Shown here piece by piece: positions 22,867 through 33,122 of a DNA stretch of 64,000 bases. The notes below the pieces were generated by a model. The model saw only the letters and a program-made list of their open reading frames with translations. It had not been told where the DNA came from and did not search any database. A program made the translations under genes and the position numbers. This DNA comes from an uncultured Oscillospiraceae bacterium (GTDB taxonomy: Bacteria > Bacillota > Clostridia > Christensenellales > CAG-314). Numbering within the stretch: the first letter of the stretch is position 1; the number at the start of each line of letters is the position of its first letter. Where the stretch lies: positions 5,485 through 69,484 of the forward strand of contig CAZADD010000002.1 of NCBI GenBank assembly GCA_964483825.1. The letters are read 5' to 3'.

Positions 22867-23565
22867 ATGAAATCTAAGGTGTTTTTACACGTTGTTGTCA
22901 ATGCGCTTTTGGCTGTGATTATCTGCGCTGTGACGGTTGTCGGGCTTTCGGGTGCAACCACTAACGTATTTGGTAACACTGAAATCGATCCTGTTTATCG
23001 TGGTAGCGGTGAAAAAGTTGCATTGATGATAAACGTCTACTGGGGCACTGAATATTTGGATGAAATGCTAAGCGTTTTTGAGCTTTATAATGTTACTACC
23101 ACGTTTTTTGTCGGTGGTTACTGGGTGTCGCAAAACCCCGAAATGCTTAAAAAAATTTGTGATCAAGGACACGAGATTGGCAATCACGGCTATTTTCACA
23201 AACAGCACGGAAAATTAACCTATGAAGAAAACGTAAACGAAATATTGACGTGCGGAAAACTTGTTTTTGAGTTGTGCGGAAAAATGCCGTCGTTGTTTGC
23301 TCCGCCAAGCGGCGATTTTTGCAGCGATACGTTGCGTGCCGCAAAAGACTGCGGTTGCAAAACTGTCATGTGGTCGCGCGATACAATCGATTGGCGTGAC
23401 AAGGATTCGGAATTAGTGTATACTCGTGCTACAAAAAACGTAAGTGGTGGCGAACTGATTTTGATGCATCCGACGGCGCACACGGTTGAAGCGTTGCCGC
23501 GCATTATTGAATATTTTTTGAACAACAATTTGCAACCGTCTGCGGTTAGCGAAGTGATAGGGTGA
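22867..23565 (+). CDS. Polysaccharide deacetylase family sporulation protein (YlxY/PdaB-like), N-terminal membrane anchor
   Basis: NodB-fold pattern 'ATFFVGG.W', 'GHEIGNHGYFH', 'LFAPPSG', 'ILMH'. Sits directly upstream of an M16 peptidase, like B. subtilis ylxY-mlpA. ATG 22867 gives an 'MKSKVFLHVVV..' TM anchor. Confidence 0.8.
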   Translation: MKSKVFLHVVVNALLAVIICAVTVVGLSGATTNVFGNTEIDPVYRGSGEKVALMINVYWGTEYLDEMLSVFELYNVTTTFFVGGYWVSQNPEMLKKICDQGHEIGNHGYFHKQHGKLTYEENVNEILTCGKLVFELCGKMPSLFAPPSGDFCSDTLRAAKDCGCKTVMWSRDTIDWRDKDSELVYTRATKNVSGGELILMHPTAHTVEALPRIIEYFLNNNLQPSAVSEVIG

Positions 23566-23571
23566 TATAAA

Positions 23572-24840
23572 ATGGATTTTTACAAACAGTACAAAAGCGG
23601 CCTAAAATTGGTCGCAGCAAAATTGGACAACTTCTACACTGTCAGTTTTGGCGTGTTTGTCAACGTTGGGAGCGTAATGGAAAACGAAAGGAACAATGGC
23701 TATTCGCATTTTATCGAACATTTGCTGTTCAAGGGCACGACGCATCGCAATGCTATGCAAATTTCCGAAGAAATTGATGATATCGGTGCCAATTTGAATG
23801 CATTCACGTCCAAGGATTGCACGTGCTTTTTCACTAAAAGCGCCGCAACCGATTTGGAAAAATGTGTTGACGTGCTTTCTGATATGTATTTCAATGCCAC
23901 TTTCCCCGAAGACGAATTGCAACGTGAAAAACAAGTGGTGCTGGAAGAAATCAAAATGTGTGACGACACCCCGGACGATTTAAGTCAGGATGCAATCAGC
24001 TCCGCACTGTTCTTTAATCAGCCATTGGGCCAAACAATACTTGGAAATCCGCAAAACATAGAGTATTCTGACAGACATAGTATTCAAAATTTCAAGAAAA
24101 GGCACTATACGGCGGCAAATACTGTCATTTCAGTTGCCGGAAACTTTGATTTTGAAAAATTGGACAAGCTGGTGGAAAACTATTTTGAAAGTAATTTCGA
24201 ACTATCTGTTGAAGTGAATTTGGAACCGTCGGTGCAGTACACAAGCAATTTTGTTCACCGTTTCAAGGATATTGAACAGGTGCATCTGGAAATGGCGGTG
24301 GGCGGATACGCTGCAAATTCACCAAAGCGTTATGCTTTGTCCGTTTTGTCTAGTACGTTGGGCGGCGGTTTGTCTAGCAGGCTGTTTCAAACCATACGCG
24401 AAAAACACGGTTTGGTTTATGCGGTGTATTCCTATCCCTCCGCCTACACAAATTGCGGTTCCTTGGGAATTTATGCCGGGTTAAGTCCCCAAAATATCGA
24501 AAAGGTTTGCAATCTCATTCGTGATGAGGTTCGCTTGTTCATTGACAAGGGTATCACTCAAAAGGAATTGGACCGTGCAAAAATTCAAGCAACCAACAGT
24601 TTGTACAGCACGTTGGAAAGCAACATGACGCTTATGCGTTTGTACGGTCGAAGCATGCTTAAAAACAATTCGCTGTTCAATCCTCAAAAGGAAATTGACT
24701 GTTACAAAGCTGTTGACATTGCCTCAGTGAACCAAGCTGCTCGTGAATTATTTTCGCAAGAATATGCCAGTTCCTACGTGGGCAAAGAATGCGAAAATTT
24801 CGATTATGTTTCCAAAATCGGAAAGACTTTGTTGGGATAA
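23572..24840 (+). CDS. M16-family zinc peptidase (MlpA/YmxG-like)
   Basis: Inverted zincin motif 'HFIEHLLFKGT' (HxxEH). About 420 aa, two-domain insulinase layout. Confidence 0.85.
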   Translation: MDFYKQYKSGLKLVAAKLDNFYTVSFGVFVNVGSVMENERNNGYSHFIEHLLFKGTTHRNAMQISEEIDDIGANLNAFTSKDCTCFFTKSAATDLEKCVDVLSDMYFNATFPEDELQREKQVVLEEIKMCDDTPDDLSQDAISSALFFNQPLGQTILGNPQNIEYSDRHSIQNFKKRHYTAANTVISVAGNFDFEKLDKLVENYFESNFELSVEVNLEPSVQYTSNFVHRFKDIEQVHLEMAVGGYAANSPKRYALSVLSSTLGGGLSSRLFQTIREKHGLVYAVYSYPSAYTNCGSLGIYAGLSPQNIEKVCNLIRDEVRLFIDKGITQKELDRAKIQATNSLYSTLESNMTLMRLYGRSMLKNNSLFNPQKEIDCYKAVDIASVNQAARELFSQEYASSYVGKECENFDYVSKIGKTLLG

Positions 24841-24856
24841 TTGTGTCGTTTGTTTT

Positions 24857-24894
24857 ACGGCTTGCGTTTTATGGCGCAAGCCGTTTGTGTTTTA
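24857..24894 (+). terminator. Rho-independent terminator after the M16 peptidase gene
   Basis: 10-bp stem acggcttgcg / cgcaagccgt with an 8-nt loop, followed by ttgtgtttt. Confidence 0.6.
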
Positions 24895-25235
24895 CCGACT
24901 TTGCTACCGTTGTTGCACGGTACTTTGTGTGTTGAACGTTGTCGTTCCTCACTCGTTTTTGTCAAATTTTAGCAATTCGGTTCTTGTTAGGTGTACTACG
25001 GCTCGGTTTTGGTTGATTAAATTTTTTCGTCGTTGAACACGTTACTCATTTTTCGAAAAAACTTTAACGAAAGATTTTTCTTTATTTTTTCATTTTCGCA
25101 CTTTATTTTTCTCTTTTTGTTGATTATTTGCCAAACATAATGTATAATAATTTTGTTTGTATAATAGCTATACAAAACAAATTTTACTCTGCTTTTTGTT
25201 GCGAACGTTTTTCCAGTTCGCTCGGAGGATAAATT

Positions 25236-28226
25236 ATGGCAAAAGAGAGTGTTTCTGTACGCAAAAAAGTCGTATGTTCGGTTGTGATAGCGATTGCCGC
25301 TTTGCTGTTTATTTTTGCATTTAGCGGTGCGTTTTTCACTAATCAAACGCTGAAAAGTATGGCCAACTTCTTTGTGGGAAGTTTTGGCATGTCTTTTTAC
25401 GGAATGATGATTGCACTTATTGTGGCATGTTCGTTTGTTCTTTCCGGAAAAAAGGTTCGTGTTCCCACAAAATACGCAGTGCATTTCGTGCTTACGTTTG
25501 TCGAGATAGTGATGCTGGTGCATTTGTTTTCGACAACGTATCTGTGCTACAAGGAAGATCATTCATTGGTTGCTTTCAGCCAATATGCAAATTGGGTTTG
25601 GCACTACTACACAGGTGTTCCCACTTTTGGCGGTATCGTGTTCGGCTCGATAGTTTTTGGCTTGCAAAAGGTTATCACAATCTACGGTGCGGCAATTTTG
25701 CTGTTCGGCTTGCTTGCTTGGTCGGTTATAACCGTCGGAGACTTTTTCTACAGTTATTTCACCGGTAAAATAGTTTTGGATTCCAAACACGAAGAACACG
25801 TTGTAATGCCGACTCCCAACGAGCCCGTTTCCGAACCTGTTGCCGAAGACGAGCGTGCAAAAGCGTTGCGTATTCTTTTTGATGAACAAACGGTCAATCC
25901 GCAAGTCGTGGAAGAATCGGAAACGGCCGATATCTACAACGTTGCTCCGCAATCCACATTGGATACGTCCTACACTGGAACGGATGCTCACGATGTGCTG
26001 TTCAACCAAAACCGTGGTGGCGGCAGTTTCTTCCAAAGAAACGACGAAACGTCAGCGGAAATGGGCGCTCAAAGCTTTTTTGCTAACACCGAAGTGGAAC
26101 AACCCGTTTCCACGCAAAAACCCGTCGAAGACGATATGTCTTGGCGCATTTCGCGTCCGACGGTGGCAGAAGTTTCAAACAGCACGCAAACAACCGAAGT
26201 TCGCCGTGAGCCGCAAAGTAACACAAAATCTTACGGTGCGGACGAAGGTTGGATAACTGCAAACCCCAAAAACGTTGTCAACGACGAACGCATCGACGTT
26301 GTCGACGTGGTAACCGAACGCCGTCAGCCGGAAGTTGTGCAAAACGTTGCCGAACAACCCGCCGTGGAACGTACAATTGTTACGCCTGCTGCAAATGTTC
26401 AGCAACAGCAATCGCAACAACCCGAACAAACGCTCACGTTTGAATTCGAAGAGGACTCAAACGACAGCTACGAGGACAACGATTTTTCCGCTGTTGCACA
26501 TGAAGAAGTTGAAACTTCCGTGTTCCGTTCGGAACCGATTGTTTCTCAACCTGCCGTGCAAGAACCCGAAGTTGTAAAAGAGGAACCTGTGCCCATTCAT
26601 TATCAAGGTTCTGACGAACTTGTTCCTGTTGAAAAGGAAACGGTTGTGCCCGGCGGTGTGCAAGTCGGTTTCGATTTCCGCACCAAGGAAGAATTGAAAG
26701 AAGTGCAAGAAAAGGTACACAAGTATCCCAAATACGTTGCACCCATGGTTGATCTTTTTAACGAACCAATGGTAATTGACAGTGACGACGAGGATTTCCG
26801 CACCCGCGCTGTGTTTGCAATCACAAACAAACTGTCGGTGTTTGGCATTAAAGTGGAATCGGCAGGGCAAGTAGTCGGGCCAACCGTCACGCGTTACAAA
26901 TTTGAAGTTAAATCACTAAAAACCAAAATGAGCGACTTCAACCAATATGCACAAGACTTGAAAGCGTGCTTGGAAGCGGAGGGCGAAATTCGTATTGAAG
27001 CGCCCATTCCGGGAACAAACTTGGTGGGTATCGAAGTTGCAAATAAAGTCAGAACTCCGGTTGCTTTGCGTACCATTTTGGAATCCAAGGCTTACCGTGA
27101 AAAGAAAGGCGGTTTGATTTTCGTCGTAGGACAAGAAATTTCCGGCGAAATGGTGCTTGCCGATTTGACGAAATTGCCGCACCTTTTGGTTGCCGGAACA
27201 ACCGGTTCAGGTAAGAGCGTATTCTTACACTCGATGATTGCAAGTTTGATGTTCCGTTACGGTCCCGAATATTTGCGCTTCATCATGGTGGACCCCAAGT
27301 TGGTGGAGTTCGGCCGTTACGACGGTATTCCTCATCTGTTGACAAGCGAAACCATCATCAATGCTACTGATGCGCTTGCCGCAATGGACTACTTGGTTGC
27401 CGAAATGGAATCCCGTTATCAATTGTTGCGCCAATACAACGTTGCCAATATTGCCGACTACAACGCTAAAATCAATCCTAAACTTACGCAAAAATTGCCT
27501 TATTTGGTGTTGATTGTGGACGAATTGGCCGATTTGATGTCTGTTTCCAAAAAGTCGTTTGAAGCAAAACTTCAACGCCTTGCACAAAAGGCACGTGCTG
27601 CAGGTATTCACCTTGTGCTTGCAACGCAACGCCCCGACACACAAATCATTTCAGGAACGATCAAAACAAACTTCCCGTGTCGCATTGCTTTGAAGGTTTC
27701 TTCTGCCGTCGACAGCGGAACTATTTTGAACGGCGGTGGCGCTGAAAAATTGCTTGGTCACGGCGACTTGCTGTACATGAACCCCAGCAGCTCCGAATTG
27801 GCACGTATTCAAGGTGCGTATTTGTCCGACGCGGAAATCAGCGGTTTGGTAGAGTTTGTTAAGAGTCAAAATGAATCTTACTACGATCCGGGTGTTTCCA
27901 AAGAGATTTTTGTTTCTCAAAAGCAGGAAGAACCCGAAGAAGTCAGCGTTGAGAAGGCCGACGATAAGGAAAAACAGTTGGATCCTTATTGCAAAAAAGC
28001 TTTGCGTTTCTGGTTGGAACGCCAAGGCGGTCGTGCGTCCATTGCTTCCATTCAGCGTTCATTGCAAATCGGTTTCAACCGTGCTGGGCGCATAATGGAT
28101 ACTTTGCAAAAACTTCACTACGTCGAAGAACCGTTGGCCAGCGAATCCAGTTCCAAACCTTTGCGTGTTTTGGTAACGTTGGATCAACTTGACGAACTGT
28201 TCCCTGATATGGACGGTAACTACTAA
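25236..28226 (+). CDS. ftsK: DNA translocase FtsK/SpoIIIE
   Basis: N-terminal TM helices, a long acidic/Q-rich linker, a motor with 'GTTGSGKSV' and 'IVDELADLM', and a C-terminal gamma winged helix 'SIQRSLQIGFNRAGRIMD'. GGAGGA lies before the ATG. Confidence 0.95.
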   Translation: MAKESVSVRKKVVCSVVIAIAALLFIFAFSGAFFTNQTLKSMANFFVGSFGMSFYGMMIALIVACSFVLSGKKVRVPTKYAVHFVLTFVEIVMLVHLFSTTYLCYKEDHSLVAFSQYANWVWHYYTGVPTFGGIVFGSIVFGLQKVITIYGAAILLFGLLAWSVITVGDFFYSYFTGKIVLDSKHEEHVVMPTPNEPVSEPVAEDERAKALRILFDEQTVNPQVVEESETADIYNVAPQSTLDTSYTGTDAHDVLFNQNRGGGSFFQRNDETSAEMGAQSFFANTEVEQPVSTQKPVEDDMSWRISRPTVAEVSNSTQTTEVRREPQSNTKSYGADEGWITANPKNVVNDERIDVVDVVTERRQPEVVQNVAEQPAVERTIVTPAANVQQQQSQQPEQTLTFEFEEDSNDSYEDNDFSAVAHEEVETSVFRSEPIVSQPAVQEPEVVKEEPVPIHYQGSDELVPVEKETVVPGGVQVGFDFRTKEELKEVQEKVHKYPKYVAPMVDLFNEPMVIDSDDEDFRTRAVFAITNKLSVFGIKVESAGQVVGPTVTRYKFEVKSLKTKMSDFNQYAQDLKACLEAEGEIRIEAPIPGTNLVGIEVANKVRTPVALRTILESKAYREKKGGLIFVVGQEISGEMVLADLTKLPHLLVAGTTGSGKSVFLHSMIASLMFRYGPEYLRFIMVDPKLVEFGRYDGIPHLLTSETIINATDALAAMDYLVAEMESRYQLLRQYNVANIADYNAKINPKLTQKLPYLVLIVDELADLMSVSKKSFEAKLQRLAQKARAAGIHLVLATQRPDTQIISGTIKTNFPCRIALKVSSAVDSGTILNGGGAEKLLGHGDLLYMNPSSSELARIQGAYLSDAEISGLVEFVKSQNESYYDPGVSKEIFVSQKQEEPEEVSVEKADDKEKQLDPYCKKALRFWLERQGGRASIASIQRSLQIGFNRAGRIMDTLQKLHYVEEPLASESSSKPLRVLVTLDQLDELFPDMDGNY

Positions 28227-28287
28227 TTTCAAAACGGTGCGAATTTGTCGCATCGAAAAGTAAAATTTACAAAAGTGTAGGTGGAAT

Positions 28288-28578
28288 ATGATTAACGATA
28301 AAATTAAAGAGGCATTGGCTGAATTGTTCGCAAACGATAGTGCAATGTATTCATATTGCAAAGATGCGTTGAACTTTTCGTTGAAAGTGTACGGCGGTAG
28401 AATTTCCAGAGCAGCCATACAACGTGAACTTAAAACCGGTTTCAATCAAGCGTGCCGCATTATGGATGCACTTCAAAAACTTGAATTGGTAGAAGAAGAT
28501 ACTCCTGATCAACGCAGACCGTTGCGTGCACTTATCACGATGGACGAGTTTTGCGAGCTGTTTCCCGACGCTGCCTGA
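28288..28578 (+). CDS. Stand-alone FtsK-gamma-domain-like protein (96 aa)
   Basis: ATG after AGGTGG, 61 nt downstream of the ftsK stop. In a 76-column hand alignment to the FtsK C-terminus, 42 positions are identical (YCK.AL.F.L...GGR.S.A.IQR.L..GFN.A.RIMD.LQKL..VEE...PLR.L.T.D...ELFPD). Confidence 0.7.
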   Translation: MINDKIKEALAELFANDSAMYSYCKDALNFSLKVYGGRISRAAIQRELKTGFNQACRIMDALQKLELVEEDTPDQRRPLRALITMDEFCELFPDAA

Positions 28579-28603
28579 AAATTAATTTTGCTTGGTAAAA
28601 CTT

Positions 28604-29935
28604 ATGATAAAGATTGGACTTGTTTCGCTTGGATGCGATAAAAATCGTGTCGACAGCGAAGTTATGTTGGAAAATTTGCGTTGCGGCGGATACGAAATCA
28701 CTTCGGATCCGTCCGATGCCGATGTGATAATTGTAAACACTTGCGCATTTTTGGAATCTTCCCGTCAAGAGTCTATCGACACCGTACTGGAAATGTTCCA
28801 CTACAAGGATGAGGGTAAGTGCCAAAAGATTATTGTCACAGGCTGTCTTGGTCAAAAATTCGGCAAGGAAATTTTTGACGGATTGGAAGAAGCCGACGCC
28901 GTTGTGGGCACCAACGAATACGATAATATTTGTCAAATAGTTGCTGAAACGCTGAACGGCGAACGCAAACTGTATAACGGTAGCAACGTTTGTTTGACGT
29001 TTGGAAATCGTGTTCTTACAACGCCTAGCCACTTTGCTTATTTGAAAATAGGTGACGGCTGCAACAACTTTTGTTCCTACTGTCTCATTCCGTATATTCG
29101 CGGTAGATTGCGTTCCGTTCCTATGGAAAAAGTGGTGGAACAAGCTGCTGCGTTAGCGGCTCAGGGCGTGAAAGAACTAATTTTGGTGGCTCAGGATACC
29201 ACAAAATACGGTTACGACTTGTACGGCGAGCCCAAACTTGTGGAACTGTTGCAACAGCTTTCGGACATTGACGGTATTCGTTGGATACGTTTGCTGTATT
29301 GCTACCCCGAACTCACCGACGAAAAACTTATTCGAGAAATCGAAACTAATCCCAAAATTGTCAAATATATTGATATTCCTTTGCAACACGTGAACGACGG
29401 AATTTTGAAGGCAATGAACCGGCATTCCACGCACAGCGACGTGTGCAAACTGTTCGACCGTTTGAACAAAAGTCAACCCAAAATTGCCGTTCGTTCCACG
29501 TTTATTTGCGGTTTTCCGGGTGAAACCAGTGATACCATTGCGGAAGTGGAAAGCTTTTTGAAAGATTACCGTTTGCGTAATGTTGGATTTTTTGCATATT
29601 CTCGTGAGGACGGTACTGTGGCGGCAAAAATGGAAAACCAAGTGCCGCAACATCTTAAAAACTCCTACGTGAAAAAACTTTACAAAACACAGTACAACGT
29701 GTTGAAACAAATTCAGCGTGACGACGTGGGGCGAGTATATTGTTGCGTCGTGGATGAATTTTCTCATCAAGAAAACGGCACATTCGTCTACAAAGGTAGA
29801 ACGGAATTTCAAGCTCCCGAAATAGACGGAATCGTGTACGTTTATTCCGATAAAGAACTTTCGGTCGGCGATTTCGTTAACGTCAAAATTGCAAACACGC
29901 TGGAATATGACCTTGTAGGAGATGTAGTGCAATGA
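28604..29935 (+). CDS. rimO: Ribosomal protein S12 methylthiotransferase
   Basis: 'GLVSLGCDKN' MTTase N-domain, radical SAM 'GDGCNNFCSYCLIP', and a C-terminal TRAM domain. TTG 28592 is an alternative start. Confidence 0.9.
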   Translation: MIKIGLVSLGCDKNRVDSEVMLENLRCGGYEITSDPSDADVIIVNTCAFLESSRQESIDTVLEMFHYKDEGKCQKIIVTGCLGQKFGKEIFDGLEEADAVVGTNEYDNICQIVAETLNGERKLYNGSNVCLTFGNRVLTTPSHFAYLKIGDGCNNFCSYCLIPYIRGRLRSVPMEKVVEQAAALAAQGVKELILVAQDTTKYGYDLYGEPKLVELLQQLSDIDGIRWIRLLYCYPELTDEKLIREIETNPKIVKYIDIPLQHVNDGILKAMNRHSTHSDVCKLFDRLNKSQPKIAVRSTFICGFPGETSDTIAEVESFLKDYRLRNVGFFAYSREDGTVAAKMENQVPQHLKNSYVKKLYKTQYNVLKQIQRDDVGRVYCCVVDEFSHQENGTFVYKGRTEFQAPEIDGIVYVYSDKELSVGDFVNVKIANTLEYDLVGDVVQ

Positions 29936-30618
29936 AATTGAATCTTCCAAATAAATTGACAATTGCAAGAATTTGCCTAATTCCGGTCTTTGTCGTGTTC
30001 TACTTTTTGCCGTTCAATTGGGCGCCGTGGTGTGCCGTGGCTGTTTTTGTGCTAGCTGCATTCACCGACTTTTTGGATGGGCACATTGCAAGAAAGTACA
30101 ATCTTGTAACCGATTTGGGCAAACTTTTGGATCCTATTGCAGACAAAGTATTATCCGCAACGGCCATGTTTTGTGTTGTTGCAACAAATCCGTTGAGATA
30201 TATGGCGGATTTTTGGGTGATTGCCGGGTACGACGGTTCAAGTTTCGCTACCGTCGGAATGATATTCTTGGCAGTGTGCTGTGCGGTTATAATCGCCCGT
30301 GAATTGCTTGTGGATGTTGTTCGCATGATTGCCGCTTCAAAGGGAATTGTGGTGCAAGCCAATATTTTTGGCAAAGTTAAAACAGTTTTGCAAGATGTGA
30401 GCTTGCCCTTGCTTGTTGTCTGTAACTACTGTGGTGTTGTCGTGAACAAGCTAGTGTTAACTTCTTTCCATACCAAATCACTTAATGCGTGGTTTTATGT
30501 GGAAGCTGTTGCGGTCGTTTTGTTTTTTGCGGCAACAGTTATGACGATAGTTTCCGGTGTCATCTATTTGGTGCGCAACAAAAACGTGTTTTTGTCCGAC
30601 GCAAAAGAAAATGATTGA
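29932..30618 (+). CDS. pgsA: CDP-diacylglycerol--glycerol-3-phosphate 3-phosphatidyltransferase
   Basis: CDP-alcohol motif 'DFLDGHIARK.....G..LDPIADK'. The ATG overlaps the rimO stop (ATGA). Longer C-terminus than usual. Confidence 0.9.
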   Translation: MKLNLPNKLTIARICLIPVFVVFYFLPFNWAPWCAVAVFVLAAFTDFLDGHIARKYNLVTDLGKLLDPIADKVLSATAMFCVVATNPLRYMADFWVIAGYDGSSFATVGMIFLAVCCAVIIARELLVDVVRMIAASKGIVVQANIFGKVKTVLQDVSLPLLVVCNYCGVVVNKLVLTSFHTKSLNAWFYVEAVAVVLFFAATVMTIVSGVIYLVRNKNVFLSDAKEND

Positions 30619-30636
30619 ACAACTTGCGAGGAATAA

Positions 30637-31839
30637 ATGATCAGAATATTGACAAAAGAATACAGCGCTGCTGTTGTGACACTCGCTGCTTTGTTGGATA
30701 AAGAGGCGGCAGCATACGACGTTTACGTATCTCGCAGCAACAAACAACTTGCCGATGTTTTGTACGGTTCAGTGAACAGTGATGCGCTGTTTTTGGTGGG
30801 GGATACCGGAAGTTGGTGTGAAATGCTTGCCGAAACTTTCGGTTTGGCGGTTGTCTACGATAAATTTGCCGAAAAAAACGTGAAAGAACGTTGCAAACTT
30901 ATGAATGCTCAACTGCCGGCACAATATTTGATGGATAGATATTGTGCTTTGCCGGAAACCTTCATACACTACGCATCGGTGTTTTCGTTGCAGTGCGGGT
31001 TTGGCGGTGAATACGGCAAGTGCCGTGTGTATGCTTTGCCCGACGATGCAAAAGAGTGCTCCAATATTTTTGATAACTACGTCAAGCGTGATTTCTTCAA
31101 GAAAAACGCCGTGTTGCCTGTCTACACCTTCAAAGTGTTCGGTATGTCCAAGCGTGATTTGGAAAACAAAATTGCAGCCCTTAACCTTAAAAACGTTTCG
31201 GTGCGGTGCGAAACTGATAACCTGGACGGGAAAATAGTGTTGGCGTTCCACGGTTTGTCTAAGAAGGCCGTGACGGATAATTTAGATGTATTTGCCAAGT
31301 CATTCGGTTCGGCAGCCTATGCAGCAAAGGATATTTCGTTGCCGGAAGTGGTGGTCGGCGAGCTCAACGGATTGTACAAAACTGTTGCTACGGCGGAATC
31401 TATCACAGGTGGGCTGATTGCTTCTTCGTTAGTAGGGGTGCCCGGTGCCAGCAACGTTTTGCGTGAAGGTGCAGTTACCTACACAATCGAGGCTAAATCC
31501 GAACGGTTGGGAATCAGTCCGCACTTTATCGACCAATACGGCGTTGTATCTTCACAAGTTGCCAAGGAAATGGCATTATCGCAGTTGGACCGTGCGGATT
31601 TTTCCGTTGCAACAACCGGTTTTGCCGGGCCCACGGCGGACGGTAAAAATCCCGTCGGATTGTGTTTTGTTGCAATTGGCGGAAAAATTGGCGGCAAAAA
31701 ACTTGTAAAAGTTTTCAAAAATATCTATAATGGTGACAGAAATTCCATTCGTGGACAAGTTTCCAACACGGCGCTGTATTTGTTGCACTGTGCATTGTCC
31801 GATTCGGGGTTTTTCGTTACAAGAAAAATAAGACAATAA
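30637..31839 (+). CDS. cinA: CinA-like protein with a PncC (NMN amidohydrolase) C-terminal domain and a divergent N-terminal domain
   Basis: C-domain '[13 protein letters not shown]...GAS..L..G.VTY'. Canonical pgsA-cinA-recA position. Confidence 0.8.
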   Translation: MIRILTKEYSAAVVTLAALLDKEAAAYDVYVSRSNKQLADVLYGSVNSDALFLVGDTGSWCEMLAETFGLAVVYDKFAEKNVKERCKLMNAQLPAQYLMDRYCALPETFIHYASVFSLQCGFGGEYGKCRVYALPDDAKECSNIFDNYVKRDFFKKNAVLPVYTFKVFGMSKRDLENKIAALNLKNVSVRCETDNLDGKIVLAFHGLSKKAVTDNLDVFAKSFGSAAYAAKDISLPEVVVGELNGLYKTVATAESITGGLIASSLVGVPGASNVLREGAVTYTIEAKSERLGISPHFIDQYGVVSSQVAKEMALSQLDRADFSVATTGFAGPTADGKNPVGLCFVAIGGKIGGKKLVKVFKNIYNGDRNSIRGQVSNTALYLLHCALSDSGFFVTRKIRQ

Positions 31840-31858
31840 TTTTAGGGAGAATATAAAA

Positions 31859-32872
31859 ATGACAGAAGACAAGAAAAAGGCTCTGGAACAGACCATTTTG
31901 CAAATCGAAAAGGAATTCGGCAAGGGTTCTATCATGAAGTTGGGCAGTTACGCCGCTTCGCGCAATATCGATGTCATTCCCACAGGCTGTTTGCCTTTGG
32001 ATTTGGCGCTTGGTGTTGGCGGTTTGCCCAAAGGACGTATTATTGAAATCTACGGGCCGGAATCTTCGGGTAAAACAACAGTAACGTTGCACGTTATTGC
32101 TCAAGTTCAAAAAATGGGCGGAACGGCAGCTTTTATCGATGCCGAACAAGCGCTCGACCCTGTCTATGCCAAGAATTTGGGCATAAATTTGGATGAATTG
32201 TACATTTCTCAGCCTGATAGCGGCGAACAAGCATTGGATATTTTGGATTATCTTGTGCGCAGCAACGCCGTTGACTTGATTGTCGTAGACTCCGTTGCGG
32301 CCCTCACCCCAAAAGCGGAATTGGAAGGGGATATGGGCGACAGTCACATGGGCGTTCAAGCACGTTTGATGTCTCAATGCTTGCGCAAGATTGTCGGTCC
32401 CAGTAACAAATCTAACACTTGCGTCATTTTTATCAACCAATTGCGCGATAAAATCGGTGTCATGTTCGGTAACCCCGAAACAACAACCGGCGGCAAGGCT
32501 TTGAAATTCTATTCTAGCGTTCGTTTGGATGTGCGCAAGATAGATCAAGTCAAGGACGGTTCGGAAATCGTTGGCAACAAAACCCGTGTCAAAGTTGTCA
32601 AAAACAAGGTTGCTCCTCCCTTCAAAACAGCGGAATTCGAAATTGTTTTCGGAAAAGGCATTTCCAATACCGGTTGTGTGCTCGATTTGGCAGTTGCAAA
32701 CGGTCTTATCGAAAAGAGCGGCTCTTGGTTCTCGTATAACGGCGAGAAAGTGGGGCAAGGCAGAGAAAATGCTAAGGCTTGGTTGGAAAGAAATCCCGAA
32801 ACGATGTCCGTTTTGGAAGCAAAAATCAAAGAAATTTTGCAACCCAAACCGGAAGAAGAAGTTGCCGAATAA
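31859..32872 (+). CDS. recA: Recombinase A
   Basis: '[16 protein letters not shown]', '[10 protein letters not shown]', 'IFINQLR.KIGV.FGNPETT.GG.ALKFY'. Confidence 0.97.
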   Translation: MTEDKKKALEQTILQIEKEFGKGSIMKLGSYAASRNIDVIPTGCLPLDLALGVGGLPKGRIIEIYGPESSGKTTVTLHVIAQVQKMGGTAAFIDAEQALDPVYAKNLGINLDELYISQPDSGEQALDILDYLVRSNAVDLIVVDSVAALTPKAELEGDMGDSHMGVQARLMSQCLRKIVGPSNKSNTCVIFINQLRDKIGVMFGNPETTTGGKALKFYSSVRLDVRKIDQVKDGSEIVGNKTRVKVVKNKVAPPFKTAEFEIVFGKGISNTGCVLDLAVANGLIEKSGSWFSYNGEKVGQGRENAKAWLERNPETMSVLEAKIKEILQPKPEEEVAE

Positions 32873-33122
32873 TTTTGTATTGAAAATGGCGTAGAATAAC
32901 GAACGGTTGTAAGTTTGTAACGTTCGTTGCCTAAATTGTTAAATGCCCGTTGATTTGGCGTATTCGCGTGATGTCAAGGCTTGCTGTTTTGTTTTCAAGT
33001 CTAGTCGTGCGGTTTTCTTTGGCGCAAATACGGTTAAATTCGGCATTGTGACGCTTTTGCGCAGTTCGATATTTTCAAAATGCATTTATATTTGCTTCAA
33101 AACTTAACATTTTGTACGAAAT

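Noticed and set aside
25017-25562. 181-aa minus-strand ORF across the ftsK 5' end and leader
   Set aside because: It is antisense to the ftsK membrane domain and the T-rich leader. Lys/His-rich junk with no SD.
31817-32842. 341-aa minus-strand ORF inside recA
   Set aside because: Codon-aligned mirror of recA with no independent coding signal.
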